Shown here piece by piece: positions 25,170 to 38,520 of a DNA stretch of 64,000 nucleotides (positions within the stretch are counted from its first letter, which is position 1; each line of letters begins with the position of its first letter). The notes beneath the pieces are model-generated. The model searched no databases. It had not been told where the DNA came from and was given only the letters and a program-made list of their open reading frames with translations. The position numbers were made by a program, and so were the translations under genes. Source of the stretch: Octopus sinensis (taxonomy: Eukaryota); NCBI RefSeq assembly GCF_006345805.1, contig NW_021833011.1:1-64000 (forward strand). The letters are read 5' to 3'.

Positions 25170-27420
25170 TAATAGGCCAAACATTGTATGGAAGGACTTC
25201 AGGTAAAAATAATGCCTACTCTTTGATATGATTGTCTCAATCGACATAAACGTATCTGTCAAGACCTACCAACAACTCAGCAAGTATAAAGATCTTGAAA
25301 AAAGAAACTGGCAAAATGTGGAACCTCAAGATATTATCACAAACAACACATGAATGTCGAAAGCCTGGCTAGATTATAAAAATGCTTTTGATATTCTACA
25401 ACATAGCTGGATTACAAAATGACTAGAAATGTATAAAATAGCACCGACTCTGCAAAACGTCTTGTCTGTAAGTATGAGATCATAGAGAATAATACTGACT
25501 TTTAACAGTGACAATGAATTTCTCAATGCTGGAGTTGTAAGAATTTCATGTGGCATTTTCCAAAGTTACTCACTATCACCACTCCTCCTGTGTCTAGCCT
25601 TAATACCTCTCTCTAAATTGCTCAATGATGTACAATATGGGTATAAAATGTTTGATAAAAATATAAATCATCTCTTTTACATGGTTGATTTAAAGTTCTT
25701 TGGAAAAACTTACTAACAACTACAAGGTTTACTAGCAATTGTTAAACAATTCAGTGATGACGTCAGGATTCAATTTGGCTTCGATAGATGTGCAAAAGCT
25801 ACTTTTATGAAAGGCAAAATGACAGAAACATCCAACGTTAATCTTCACCAGCAGAATATCATAAAGGAGTTAGAGTCAGCGGAGAGCTAAAAATACTTAG
25901 GGATATTTGAAGGTGATGGAATAAAACATTCAATGATGAGGGAAATGAACAGAAGAGAATGTTATCGCAGGGTAAAAGCAATACTCAAGACAGAGCTAAA
26001 TGCAAGAAACAGGATCAAAGCGATCAATACTTTAGCCATACCGGTCGTGACTTATAGTTTCAATATCATTAACTGGTCAATCACTGGAATCTGTAATCTT
26101 GACAGAAAAATCTGAAAATTGTTGACAATGCATAGAATGCATCACCCTAAGGAAGATGGACTTTTACAGCTGGAATTAGCAATGAAAATTGTCACAATTG
26201 GCCTCAACACCTACCTGGAAAACTCTGATGACTGGATGTTAAAACTTGTCTTAAAGCATGAAAACAAGAAAGCATCATACTGAGTAACAAAACAGGCAAA
26301 GGATTGTCTAAGTGAATTCCTAGTACAACAAATCCCAGAAACAAGCACAGAAAAAGCTAAGCGTATGAAGACCCGTGCTAAAACTGCTTTCTTAGATATT
26401 CTTACGGATAAATGGCCTCTCAGTGGTAAATACCAAAAGGGAGCTAATAATGCCGGTATTGACAAAGCCATTACTCATGAATGGTTAGTGTCTTCTGGCT
26501 TAAAATCAGAAACAGAAGGCTTTATCATAGCAGCCCAAGATCAATGTCTACCTAAAGGAACTACCAGGCCAACATATTAAAGAATAGCAGTAGCCCAACA
26601 TGTCGTGTATGTAAACAACAAAATGAAACCATTGATCTATGTCCAGTCTTCTTGCGCCTACAGAGTATCCCAACAGGCATAATAGAGCAGCACAGTATAT
26701 TCACTGGGTAATTTTCAGAACCTGGACCTGCCCCATGATAAAAACTGATGGGAACACAAACCACCTCCAATGCTTGAAAATGATCACATCTCACTCCTCA
26801 GGAAAGTCACCGTTCAAACTGACAGAAAAATAGATGCGAATAGGCCAGACATCATATTGAAAGACTTCAGACAAAAATCATGTTCGGCAATAAACTCACG
26901 CGTAGTCACAGTAGTTTCGGTATGGCGCAGGAATCATGTTCCAATCGACATATAGGTATGTCATACTTACCAGCAACTCAGCAAAAAGCAAAAGTTAAGA
27001 TCTTGAAACAGAAATTGGCAAAATGTGGAACCTCAAGACTAAAACAATACCTGTTGACATAGGTGTCCTAGAAATGATAGCAAAAGGGGCTGATTCCTAC
27101 CTAGCTCTGATATCAGGAAACCCCAAATAGCAGAAATTCAGATGATAGTGCCTATGGGAACAGCCCATATCCTACATAAGGTACTGTCTATGTAATCTCA
27201 AATGTTAAAACACTCATAATTTTCTTATGTTTTCTTAAACATTCTCTAGAAGAATACTTTGTGCAAAACCAAATATGTGACACACTAAGCATAATACTTC
27301 AAACTTGTTGTCTCTCGAAATCTCTGGGTGAGACTTGGAGTCAACTTGTACAAATACAAAGTAAAAGTCAAACATATAATAATAATAATAATAATATAAT
27401 AATAATATAATAATAATATA
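25170..27420 (+). mobile_element. R4/Dong-type LINE (family A): short RLE fragment plus decayed RT-RLE copy, (AAT)n tail
   Basis: AWLDYKNAFD..HSW, GIFQ..SLSPLL, INHLFYM.DLK, AINTLAIPVVTYSF, SETEGFIIAAQDQ, ANRPDII; homologous to 42022-43680. Confidence 0.88.
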
Positions 27421-27689
27421 AATCGCTACATAGATAAGACATAAAAATATCTATAAACATCTCAAAGTTTTAGTAAACATAGAAAGTAATAGAAAAGGTG
27501 TACAGATTTTTGGGGGAGAGCTGTTAAATTGCCATCCTGTCGTATTTCGTAAATTTATATATCTTAGTTATGCTAGGTCCTCTCAAAATTTAGATTTCTA
27601 TACATAAATTCGTCCATACGCTAGAATTTTGGCTAGCTTAACTGCCTGCTACCCCTTCGTCTCCTCTCTCGCGCCTTTACCTTTCCACA

Positions 27690-29075
27690 GATCATAACCC
27701 AACTTTGTTTTCTGTAGTATTTCAATCAAGAGAATATCAGTGGGGGGGACACTGTTCTCCTGGAAGATTCTTCTCCTGATTTTCACCTCTTCGATGATGA
27801 TAAAGATGTAGTTCAGACTATCAAAATGTGCTGCGATGGCGATGAGACGAGGAAGGCTTGCCAGAACAGAAGGCATATGGCTACCAAGTGGTGAAACGAT
27901 GAACGCAGTTCAACCACCTCACCAACTATAAATACCCGAGAATACTTGATGCGGATGGACTCAAATACCACGACATGAAGGAAAAGACAAAAAGAGAGTA
28001 CATGCAGAGAGTGAGAAACTATTGGCCTCAAAACTGCACACCAGAAACAAAAACTTCGGCAATAAACACATAGTCACAGTATTTCGGTATGGCGCTGGAA
28101 TCCTGAAGTGGACACAGGATGAGCTAAAGGAGATGGACAGGAAGTCAAGAAAGCTCCTGACGATTTATGAAGCCCATCATCAATGTGCAGACATTGATCG
28201 TCTATACATGAAGAGAGTAAATGGAGGAAGAGGACTGATAGTTATGGAAGACTGCGTGCGTATCAAACTTGAGCGCTTAATGAGATATTAAGCCCAAAGT
28301 AAGGAAACCTTCATAGCGACAGTTAGGAACGAGTGAGTATTGATAGCAGTGAGAAAAGGGAAAACAAAGGAAGAAGTACCAAAAGGGACATGAGGAAGAA
28401 TTACGCAAGAAGGGACTACACAATCAATTCCATGTAGCCACAACAGAAGTTGCTGGGAAAAGTAGGTGGGATGGGTTGATGAAAGGAACCCTAAAAAAAG
28501 AGACCGGCAGCACAAGACCAAGCTTTGGCCACGAACTGAAGGGTCAACCTAGGAATGAGCAAGTGTCTCTTTTGTGCCGAATCTGCAACAGAGAAGGAAT
28601 GCTTAAGATTTGCCCACAAACCACTAGAAGTCGTGGCGATACTACCAGGTAGTGAAAGTGCTACATTGAAAAGTGGGGGCTAGAGAGAGGAAAGACGTGG
28701 TATGAGAACAAACCGCAGGGAGTGGCGGAGACGGAGACTAACAAAATCCTTTGGGATTTCCCAATCCAAACAGATCAGGTACTACTGCATAATAGACCGG
28801 ACTTACAGTAGTGGACAAGATGCACCACGTATGCTCTACAGTTGAAGTTGCATGCCCACGAATAGTCAATAAGGAAGGTGAAAAGATAGATAGACAGATA
28901 GATAGATAATAGATAGATAGATGATGGATGGATGGATGGATGGATGGATGGATGGATGGATGGATGGATGGATGAGATAGATAGATAGATAGATAGATAG
29001 ATATAGATATAGATAGATAGATGGAGATAATAGATAGAGATGGATAGATAGATAGATAGATATGATAGATAGATA

Positions 29076-29152
<77 letters not shown>

Positions 29153-29445
29153 CAATCATCTCTTGTAATATAATGCCAGGCTTTGGAAAATGGTGAAGAC
29201 GATAGTGCCAATTATTGTTGGTTCCTTGGGAACAGTATCAGAAGGCATTAAGAGGAAAAATAGGAAATTGGTATAGAGTGTCCAGTAAACTGTTACAAAA
29301 CGTTGGCCTCCTTGGCATGACCAGAATAATCAGGAAAATTATTAGCTGAAATGAACGAATAGCATGGTAGCGTAGGTTGGGTAATAAGGCCGCTACGCAT
29401 GCAAGACTCCACAAAACCTGTGACAATGAGCAAATAAAATGATAA
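27690..29445 (+). mobile_element. R4/Dong-type LINE (family C), decayed, interrupted by microsatellite
   Basis: FRLSKCAAM, FRYGAGILKWT..ELKEMDRKSRKLL..HH..ADIDRLY..R..GGRGL, KILWDFPIQTD..HNRPD; 3' UTR matches 41900-42020. Confidence 0.85.
28884..29152. repeat. Compound (GATA)n/(GATG)n microsatellite
   Basis: Directly visible. Confidence 0.95.
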
Positions 29446-29914
29446 TACCAATGGGAGCAAACAAATTTGTAGCCTTAATTCCTGGAATCCTAAAGTAAGT
29501 GAATCACAAATGACCATACACATAGTGACCTCATATATATTACGTAAATTCCTCTCAATGTTATTGCAGTAGTATTCATTCGGCTTGTATTATGAAATTT
29601 TAAAAGAAATTTTTTAGATATATTTATTTATAACACACGGACATCAATTTGTTTACAACTGCAAATTCGGCTTTAGGTGAGGTTATATTTTCACATAATT
29701 ATGTCAGCAAATATTACACGATTTACTAGAAATAATTATGCGATTATCAGAAATAGCAATATCAGTCAACACTTTAATCATTTTAATTACATCAGCAATC
29801 ATGGGAATGCATCAATTAGGAAATTACGAAAACTGGAACTTATATAGGATACAAGATAAAAATTTGGGTAAATGGATACAAAGTATTTCTAAATACAGAA
29901 AATTAATAATAATC

Positions 29915-30100
29915 CTTTCAACTGGAAGCACAAGGCTCAAATTAGTACCAGTGCATAACTGCTACTAATTTTATCATGCCCGAAAGGATGAAAGGCAAAG
30001 TCAACCTCGGTGGAATGTGAACTCAGAACGTAACAGTAGATGAAAAACACTAAGCATTTGGTCCGGCGTGCTAACGATTCTGCTAGCTCGCCGCCTTAAT
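29915..30100 (-). mobile_element. tRNA-derived SINE
   Basis: Head TAAGGCGGCGAGCTAGCAGAATCGTTAGCACGCCGG and B-box-like GAGTTCACATTCC. Confidence 0.75.
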
Positions 30101-30407
30101 AATACAAGTAATTATTAATAATGATATAATAATAATAATATATTAGTTAACGATAAGCATCCTTGTCCCCAAAACATTCTGTTTCCTGCTTCATTTCACA
30201 TTCTGATTCCTGCTTCTCACATATACACAAGTCAGTGTCCAATGTAACTTTTCATCTTATAAAGCTTATGTCAATCCCGGCTCAACTGCGCTGATTGTTA
30301 CATTTTATAAATCTACTAATCTGAATGTTTCAAGGTAAAATTACCTTTTCGCACTATCCATTGCTTTCACCCTCCGCTTCTTAGCACCCTGTCTGTCTGT
30401 CTGTCTG

Positions 30408-30497
<90 letters not shown>

Positions 30498-30760
30498 TAA
30501 TTTTGAAAAAAATCACCTTTTATCAATTCAAAATCAACAATTAAATTACACCATCTAATTACATATATGTAATTTTTCTAGATGATGTAATTTAATTGTT
30601 AATTTTTTAATAAATTTGAATTGATAAAAGGTGTTTTGTTTTCTAATTTTTTATATATATATATTATATTTTGTGAAATTTGATTTAGTATTTTCAAATT
30701 GAGTTTTTCCTGTAAGTTAGGTAGGAATATTCCCTCAAATATTATTATTATTATTATTAT

Positions 30761-30798
<38 letters not shown>

Positions 30799-30896
30799 AA
30801 GGTATTGTTATTCGCTTGAAGCATTGTATATTGTTTGTAAAATATAATGTGACTTGAATGGCACAACAATGCACTAAACTAACAATGTTACAATTT

Positions 30897-31026
30897 ATCA
30901 TCCATAGTCTGATATAATATTTGGAATATCAAAATTCCTAGGGATTAGCAGTGACTCATGAATTCCTAGGGATAACTGAAGAAGGAATTTCTATATTCCG
31001 AAATATTATATCAGACTATGGATGAT
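30897..31026. repeat. 130-bp hairpin/MITE-like palindrome (43/44-bp arms)
   Basis: ATCATCCATAGTCTGATATAATATTT(C)GGAATAT..AAATTCCT arms at 30897-30939 and 30983-31026. Confidence 0.75.
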
Positions 31027-31083
31027 TTAATTATAGCAGTTATTATAGTCCATTGTTGTTATTATGGTGTTGTGCCATTCAAG

Positions 31084-31116
<33 letters not shown>

Positions 31117-31549
31117 ATATATTATATATATATATGTGTGTATGTATGTATGTATGTGTGTATGTATGTATGTATATATATATATGTGTGTGTGTATGTA
31201 TGTGTGTGTATATGTATATATATATATATGCATGTATGTATGTATATAAAGGAATACAAAAAAAGGGACAAGGACGCAAAACATCCAGACAGATGATACG
31301 AAAAAGAGACAAGAATAAAAGGACGGGTCATCTCAAGTGACATACCATGCATAAGAAAATACCATAATTAATAATTAAGAATGCTACAAGTATCACCAGC
31401 ACGCTAGAAATGGCAGTCAGAAGACAACTATAACCACAAAACAATTATTTCGTTATTGGGACAGGGACTCATTGCCCCGTTTTCAATTAATATGTGTCAG
31501 AGAAATTTTTTGGTTGTAGTCGTATTGCTCTTAGCACTCTTAATTATTC

Positions 31550-32120
31550 TTTTCTACTCTAGGCACAAAGACCGAAATTTTGGGGGAGGCAGCCAGTGGA
31601 TTAGAATAACCCCACCATGCAACTGGTACTTAATTTATAGACCCTGAAAGGATGAAAGGTGAAGTCGACTTCGGCGGAATTTGAACTCAGAACATAGCGG
31701 CAGACAAAATACCTATTTCTTTATTACCCACTAGGGACTAAACATAGAGGAGACAAACAAGGAAAGACAAACGGATTAAGTCGATTATATCGACCCCAGT
31801 GCGTAACTAGTACTTATTTTAATCGACCCCGAGAGGATGGAAGGCAAAGTCGACCTCAGCGGAATTTGAACTCAGAACGTAACGGCAGACGAAATACCTA
31901 TTTTTTTACAACCCACAAGGGGCTAAACACAATGAGGACAAATGGATTAAGTCAATTATATTGACCCCAGAGAGTAAGTGGTACTTATTTAATCGACCCC
32001 GAAAGGACGGAAGGCAAAGTTGACCTCGGCGGAATTTGAACTCAGAAACGTAACGGCAGACGAAATACCGCTAAGCATTTCGCCCGGCGTGCAAACGTTT
32101 CTGCCAGCTCGCAGCCTAAG
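31550..32120 (-). mobile_element. tRNA-derived SINE in head-to-tail trimer (~180-190-bp units)
   Basis: One full head at 32120; GGAATTTGAACTCAGAAC (B-box region) occurs three times at ~31675, ~31861, ~32031. Confidence 0.8.
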
Positions 32121-32444
32121 CACCCTAAATTATGTATATGTGTGTGTGCGCGCACCATTCATTTTTGATATTATTTACACCTGACATTGAATTTTGTCAA
32201 CATTTAATCATTTAAACATCGTTCTCTACTTCGTAATTTTAAACCCTGTTAAAATCGCTTTGTTTTCTATACATTTGTATCATTGATAAACAAAATATTG
32301 CTGAAACTAGTTTGGAATAAATAAATAAATTTATTTAAAAACAATTACAAGTTTTTCAAATTCTGGTGCGTTTTCACAAACATCTTCTCCTCTATTTCTT
32401 CCTGCAAGAAATACACCTCTTCTTTCCATATGTATAAATATATA

Positions 32445-32945
32445 TCATCATCATCATCATCATTTAGCGTCCGCTTTCCATGCTAGCATGGGTTGGACGG
32501 GTCAACTGGGGTCTGTGAAGCTGGAAGGCTTCGTCAGGCCCAGTCAGATCTGGCAGTGTTTCTACGGCTGGATGCCCTTCCTAACGCCAACCACTCCGCG
32601 AGTGTAGTGGGTGTTTTTTACGTGCCACCTGCACAGGTGCCAGACAGAGCTGGCAAACGGCCATGAACGGATGGTGCTTTTACGTGTCACTGGCACGGGG
32701 CCAGGCGATGCTGGCAACGGACGCGAACGGATGGTGCTTTTACGTGCCACCGACACAGGGCCAGACAGAGCTGGCAAACGGCCATGAACGGACGGTGCTT
32801 TTACGTGTCACCGGCACGGGGGCCAGCCGAGGCTGGCAACGAACACGAACAGATGGTGCTTTTACGTGCCACCGACACGGTTGCCAGACAGAGCTGGCAA
32901 ACGGCCACGAACGGACGGTGCTTTTACGTGTCACCGGCACGGGGC
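32445..32945 (-). mobile_element. RTE LINE 3' tail with ~60-bp tandem subrepeats, in (TA)n
   Basis: (ATC)n start, GGATGCCCTTCCTAACGCCAACC block, repeated GGTGCTTTTACGTG units. Confidence 0.8.
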
Positions 32946-32949
32946 CATA

Positions 32950-33350
32950 TATATATATTTATATAAAGCTGAAGTTGTCTGTGTGTGGCAGGTTTGGTAG
33001 CCTTCAACTAACACTATCTCCTCCAAGACCCTGCGGCGCAAGTTGACCAATATTGAGAGTATGATAGAAGAAGGCTTGCTCTACCTTCCGTAGAAGATAA
33101 AATTCAAATCGGACCATGTTAACACCAAAAATTATTTACATCAAAAAGGTGCTTTTTTTTCTATGAAAATACCTATTTTTTTACGTCTTTTTGACTGCTT
33201 TGTCGCCATTTGTCGGTGTATTTCAACCAGAAAAATGTTCACTTAAAGAGAATAACAAGCTACATCATGGAAAAATTTTTACTTTTCAAAAATTCCAATT
33301 CTAAAGGGTCGAAACAAACCTGAGCAACGCCGGGCGATACTAATAGTATA
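32950..33350 (+). mobile_element. Non-autonomous Helitron
   Basis: 5' TATATAAAGCTGAAGTTGTCTGTGTG resembles the 6703 terminus; 3' CCTGAGCAACGCCGGG hairpin remnant then degenerate CTAG-like end. Confidence 0.55.
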
Positions 33351-33711
33351 TATATATATATATATATATGTACTAGATGACCACATGCCGTCCATAATGA
33401 TGGCTAATTGTAGTATTTTATATACAAATAAGGTACAAAGTAAGGTACATAATAATCACACATACAAACTCCCTTTGTACACGCACACACACACACACAC
33501 ACACAGATGAACGCTATTTTTTTCACCCCTTCCTTCCTTATTCAACTATCACTCCTTCCTTTCTTTCATTGCTATTACTTTCTCTCACTCCCTCTCAGTC
33601 AGAGTTCTTACTCTCACCACTTCTTCACTGAATTACTATTTTCTCTCCTCTCCGCGTCCGACGTGATTCTGGACAAATATACAAAACACTACGCTCATTA
33701 TTATATTAGGA

Positions 33712-33743
<32 letters not shown>

Positions 33744-33744
33744 T

Positions 33745-33966
33745 TTACTTGTTTCAGTAAATATGACTAAGGCCATGCTGGAGCACCGCCTTTAGTCGAG
33801 CAATCAACCCCAGGACTTATTCTTTGTAAGCCTAGTACTTATCCTATCTCTCTTTTGCCGAACCGTTAAGTTACAAGGACGTAACCACACCAGCATCGGT
33901 TGTCAACGATGTTGGGGGGGGATAAACACAGATACATAAACATTTACACACACACACATACACATA

Positions 33967-34015
<49 letters not shown>

Positions 34016-34155
34016 GACGGGCTTCTTTCTGTTTCCGTCTACCAATCACTCAAGGCTTTGGTCGGCCCGAGGCTATAGTAGAAGACACTTGCCCAAGGTG
34101 CCACGAAGTGGGACTGAACCCAGAACCATGTGGTTGGGAAGCAAGCTTCTTAACA
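33745..34155 (-). mobile_element. tRNA-derived SINE with internal (CA)/(TA) tract
   Basis: Reverse complement matches 1780-2170. Confidence 0.75.
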
Positions 34156-34259
34156 CACACACACACACAGACACACACACATACTCACACGCACACACAT
34201 ATTTGCATATATGATAGTAGCCGACTCGATTTCAAGTAGAGCCATTTCCTGATTTATTT

Positions 34260-35215
34260 ATGCCCTAGAATATCATCAATGAGCTGCACGAATGTGATCT
34301 TTGAGGCCTGCCAAAGACTTGCATGTTTGTTAACAATTAGCGCAAGAAAACTTGGTAATTGTATAGTTTACATCTCCATGAACTTTACTGTGCCTCTTCA
34401 AGCCACTTTTCAATCTGCATACTTTATGACAGAGGATGCATTCGAAATCTTTTGTCCATCTATAATCAATGCGCGGTTGTGCCATGTGGGATTTCATGTG
34501 GCTCTTAACCCAGCCTTACTAAGACAACTCTTTCCACGTTCATCCCCATGTATGATGACCACGTCATCAATGTTTGTTAGAATATCATTCCTGTCACTTT
34601 GTTTCATTTTTCTTTGATCTTGCCATGCTCCATTCTCTTTCTTTCAAATTCATTTTTGCCTTCATACGAAATTTTTTCCATTTTCTTGGCAATGCGCTAA
34701 ATCTTCACAGTTGTCAATTGGAACGTTTATCTTATTCAATCCTGACTTCAGACAATCTTTGTACCACATCTTTGGTTTGTGGGACGGCGCTTACCTGTCA
34801 CCAATTCTCCGTAAAAAAGCTGTTTAGGCATTCTGTTGTTTGTCATTCTCGCTAGTGTTCACTCCATCTCATCTGTACTGCAATAGCAAAGCTTCAATAC
34901 TGAAGCATTTCCCTCTTCAAGCCTCTTCATCGTCACTCACAAACATTTTCCAGCTGATCCTCAAAATCCTTCTCAGACATTGTTGATGAAAACGTTCCAT
35001 AAGTTTTAAGTGCTTACGATACCAGTCCAGGTTTCCCAAGCATTCAACAAAGAGGTTAAGATACATGTATTGTATACCTTAATCTTGTCGCATGTCTAGA
35101 CCATAGGCGGTCTTCTAATTTGCCAAAAGCAAAACTGAATTTCTGAATGCGTAGTGACACTTCATCATCAAGATTCGCTGATGTGTTAATGTATATCATC
35201 ATGTTTTACCCCGTT
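34260..35215 (-). mobile_element. Decayed RTE (BovB-like) LINE, RT C-terminal region
   Basis: LDDEVSLRIQK.SFAFGKL..RLW, KVYNTCILTSLL.AWETW, RFHQQCLRRIL. Confidence 0.75.
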
Positions 35216-35569
35216 CGTGACAGAGATAGGCTCCGACATAAATACACGTTATGTTATTTTTGCATTATCTCAAATGGAATACCCACAAATCTTATTGATT
35301 GAAATCCCAATAACTGAACTATTATTAATTTATATTATTATATATTTTTTATATTTCTATATAAATATATATTATAATCACGACGCCACTGCACGATATG
35401 GTGATGTTGAATACACGGTATATATATTCTCCAGATTAAAATGCATATAATGTTTAAGAGTGTGTACCTGGTCAATTTGGAAATTCGTTTTCCCACATTA
35501 TTCAAATATATACTTACACCACACACATATATATATATATATAAATAGATCGTTAGCCACTGCACACAT

Positions 35570-35720
35570 TTTTTTCTCTCCTTGTTTTTGTGTATCCTTT
35601 TCTGTAGAAGAGCGTAGGCTCGAAACATACAAATCTTTTTCTATTCCTAACCGTTATATTAATACATTTGTTTGTTTTGTACACCACCTGTCTTTGTTTT
35701 TTTGTTTTTTTTGCAAACTC
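35570..35720 (+). repeat. Penelope-type terminal repeat with degenerate minimal hammerhead-like motif
   Basis: GTAGAAGAGCGTAGGCTCGAAAC at 35604-35626; same repeat ends the Penelope element at 61430-61600. Confidence 0.55.
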
Positions 35721-35723
35721 TCC

Positions 35724-35765
<42 letters not shown>

Positions 35766-36373
35766 AAATAGATATGTATATGTATAACACACAGCAAGCA
35801 AAAAACCAACAAAACACAACATACGAAAACTAGACGAAAACATAACAAATGGGAAACTGGACCAGATCAAGACACATGCAATAGTCGCAGCTGATTTCTC
35901 TTCCGTCAATGGCCGGCATGTCCTAACAGTTTCGCGCTTTTTAACATTGCTTTCGTCTAAAATTTTTATAACTATTTATTTATTTTATATTCATACATTT
36001 ATATTTTCATTTCAAATATCATATCACTTGATTCAGCAGTGATGTTAATTTTGCTCTTTTGATTAAAATTATATAATTCTTGAACTAGGAAACAACACAT
36101 TCCATACAAGATCTGTCATTTCTTGTGCTCCAATAAATTAAATAATCAACAAACCTGGAAATGTTAAAGATAGATAATTAGGGGTGTGGAAAATGCAAAA
36201 TACAACTAAAATATCCAGACATTATATTTATATTTAAAATTGAAAAAAAAAAAAAATTTACTTTCAGTTTTATAATGAATATTTTCTGTTTGAAATATCT
36301 ATGGAGTAATGAACCTAAAATGAATCTTCATTGTTTTATGTATTCTATTTTCTTTTTATTACAGATAACGAAT

Positions 36374-38520
36374 ATGGCTGCCATGCAGACGACAATAACA
36401 GCAACCAGTTCTCTTATTCTTTCAATCATTCTTATTATCACACTGACATCACTAAACATCGATGCGAAGGAACTCGACAATGCTTGTGAAATTAAAATCC
36501 CTCCCAATGTCAGTGAGATTTATCTCGTTTAGTAAAATTGGAAAAAAGGGTTTTCAATTTTGAATTCCATTTATCAAACAAGACACTGATGACCTTCTTA
36601 ATCCTGTACCATTGGATTATTTTGCAAACGCGAGACAATTTACCTGGATTCCAGACGAACCAGACGGTTTAATAGCATATAAAAATTTCTACTATGATTT
36701 TTCAATTTACTCTTTGAATTTGTTAGTGTCTATATTGCTTATCCAAGAATTAATATCGATATAAAATGTAGAAAACAAAATATTCACAGACGCGAATAAT
36801 ATATTTGATTTTCAAGGATTGAAGAAACTCGTATTTATCGATAAATTGCAAATGGGAAAATCAGGATACATGTGTTTTTTTGTAAATTTGTCTCAGAACA
36901 TGAAGAAGAACAGCCCTCACGCATATGAAGCTTGCAGTAGAATTGGTATAAATCGGGAGATAGTGAAGAACTATTGCTGTAAACTCTATAAAACGAAAGT
37001 AATCTTTATCACCCCAAATCTATTTGTTTAGGAAATAATATTGAAAATAGTATGTTTGTCAATTATGAAATATTGTTGGAACAGTTTTGTGGATATTTTT
37101 CCCATTGCTTATTAGTTTTGTTTCAAAAAGCCAAATTACCTTCATATTACTATCGAAACACAATGCCATACGAATCAGAATGGATCAATGGAAAACATAG
37201 TATTTACAGTTTCTCTCATTTTCTGTCTTGCTTATTTTGTTTCCATTATTCTTCTTTCTTTGCCTCAAGACTAAGAAGATTCTTTTGCATTATGTTTTTT
37301 CTTTCAGTAATTCTCTGGATCTTTTGATGTATTACTTCTTTTATATGAAACAACAAAAATATTTATACAAGACCGCATACCATTAGGTTTTCGTGCCCTA
37401 ATATTAGGAATTCCAGAAAGTTATGAAAAATACAGGTGGCTTCTCGGGGGTCCCTTTTTGTGGTTCATCGGCTACATATTTTTCAACTGTATTCTCTTCG
37501 TTCTTCCCAGTCGTTTAAGTGAGACTCTCGCATATTATACATTACATCAAAGATCCACTTGCACGTTTCTCATTCAAAATATCAGATTATTAGAGAAATA
37601 TGGCAGCTTAAATATTCTACAGAACAGGATTATGATCTACTTTATGCAATAATGAAAGCTAATATTTCTACTGCTTTAAACCAAATTTCTGGCATTTAAT
37701 AGTTTATACTGGATTACCGTATAAGAAAATTTGGTTATATTACTACAACAGAAATATTTTCTGGAAATTCCTATTGCTTTGGTTTTTTATTGCGATCACA
37801 ATTTTATTTGCTATATTTTCTGTCTGTGAATTATTTCTGTGCCTCTGTTTATTACGGAATCCCAATTGTTTATTGGATTTTAACTTTACCATTAAGTTAT
37901 TCCAAAGTTTATATTTCCCACTCTATCTGAGTCCCAATTATATTTTCAAGATAGTTGCTGTACCTTTAACATTTCTATCGTTGCCATTTATATATCATGG
38001 GCGATTTGTTCAATCTACATATTTCTTGTAAGTTTTCAAATCTTAAGCAACTACATATTCACCATAGCTATCGTAGTACTTGCTAAACCCGATTGTGTAG
38101 GTTACATATGGTTTCTTGCCATGTTTTTCGTTATGGTTTGCAATTGTGAACGCCTTTCTAAAGCGGTATCAGTCAATAATATTTCAGTCTATAAAATTCA
38201 CTAAAATGTTCCGTCCAAATTTAGTTCAGAAAAATACGGAGAGGAATTCATAAATGCTAAATTGCTCAAGACAATTGTTAGCCATCATTTTCCTTTGAGA
38301 TACGAGATTGGTAAATCCATTGTGAAACTGTTTCTAATCGTATCTTTCTTCTTTGCTTGCAACAATATAATATCGAAATGATCTGACTTATCAGTTTTCA
38401 CAAAGATTACTTTGATATTGATGACTTCTTGATACCTAAATTATTGTCAATATTAATATTAAATTTGATTTTGCCATTTCTCTCTCAGACAACTTATTGA
38501 TACAATTAATATATTCGAAG
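36374..38520 (+). pseudogene. Full-length intronless multi-pass membrane protein pseudogene (~700 codons) with signal-peptide-like N-terminus
   Basis: Acceptor TTACAG| at 36364 then ATG 36374; MAAMQTTITATSSLILSIILIITLTSLNIDA, luminal segment (..QFTWIPDEPDGLIAYKNFYYDFSIYSLNLL..), many hydrophobic helices; numerous stops and frameshifts; paralog at 23339-24203. Confidence 0.75.

Noticed and set aside
28738-29211. ORFs across (GATA)n, (TA)n and (CA)n tracts (also 31018-31352, 35460-35909, 39279-39677, 57155-57439, 59701-60097)
   Set aside because: Microsatellite translations (IYLS, YIYI, HT repeats)
35925-35990. Hammerhead-like UAGACGA..GCGCGAAACUGUU on minus
   Set aside because: C3/U4 absent, helices I and II not convincing
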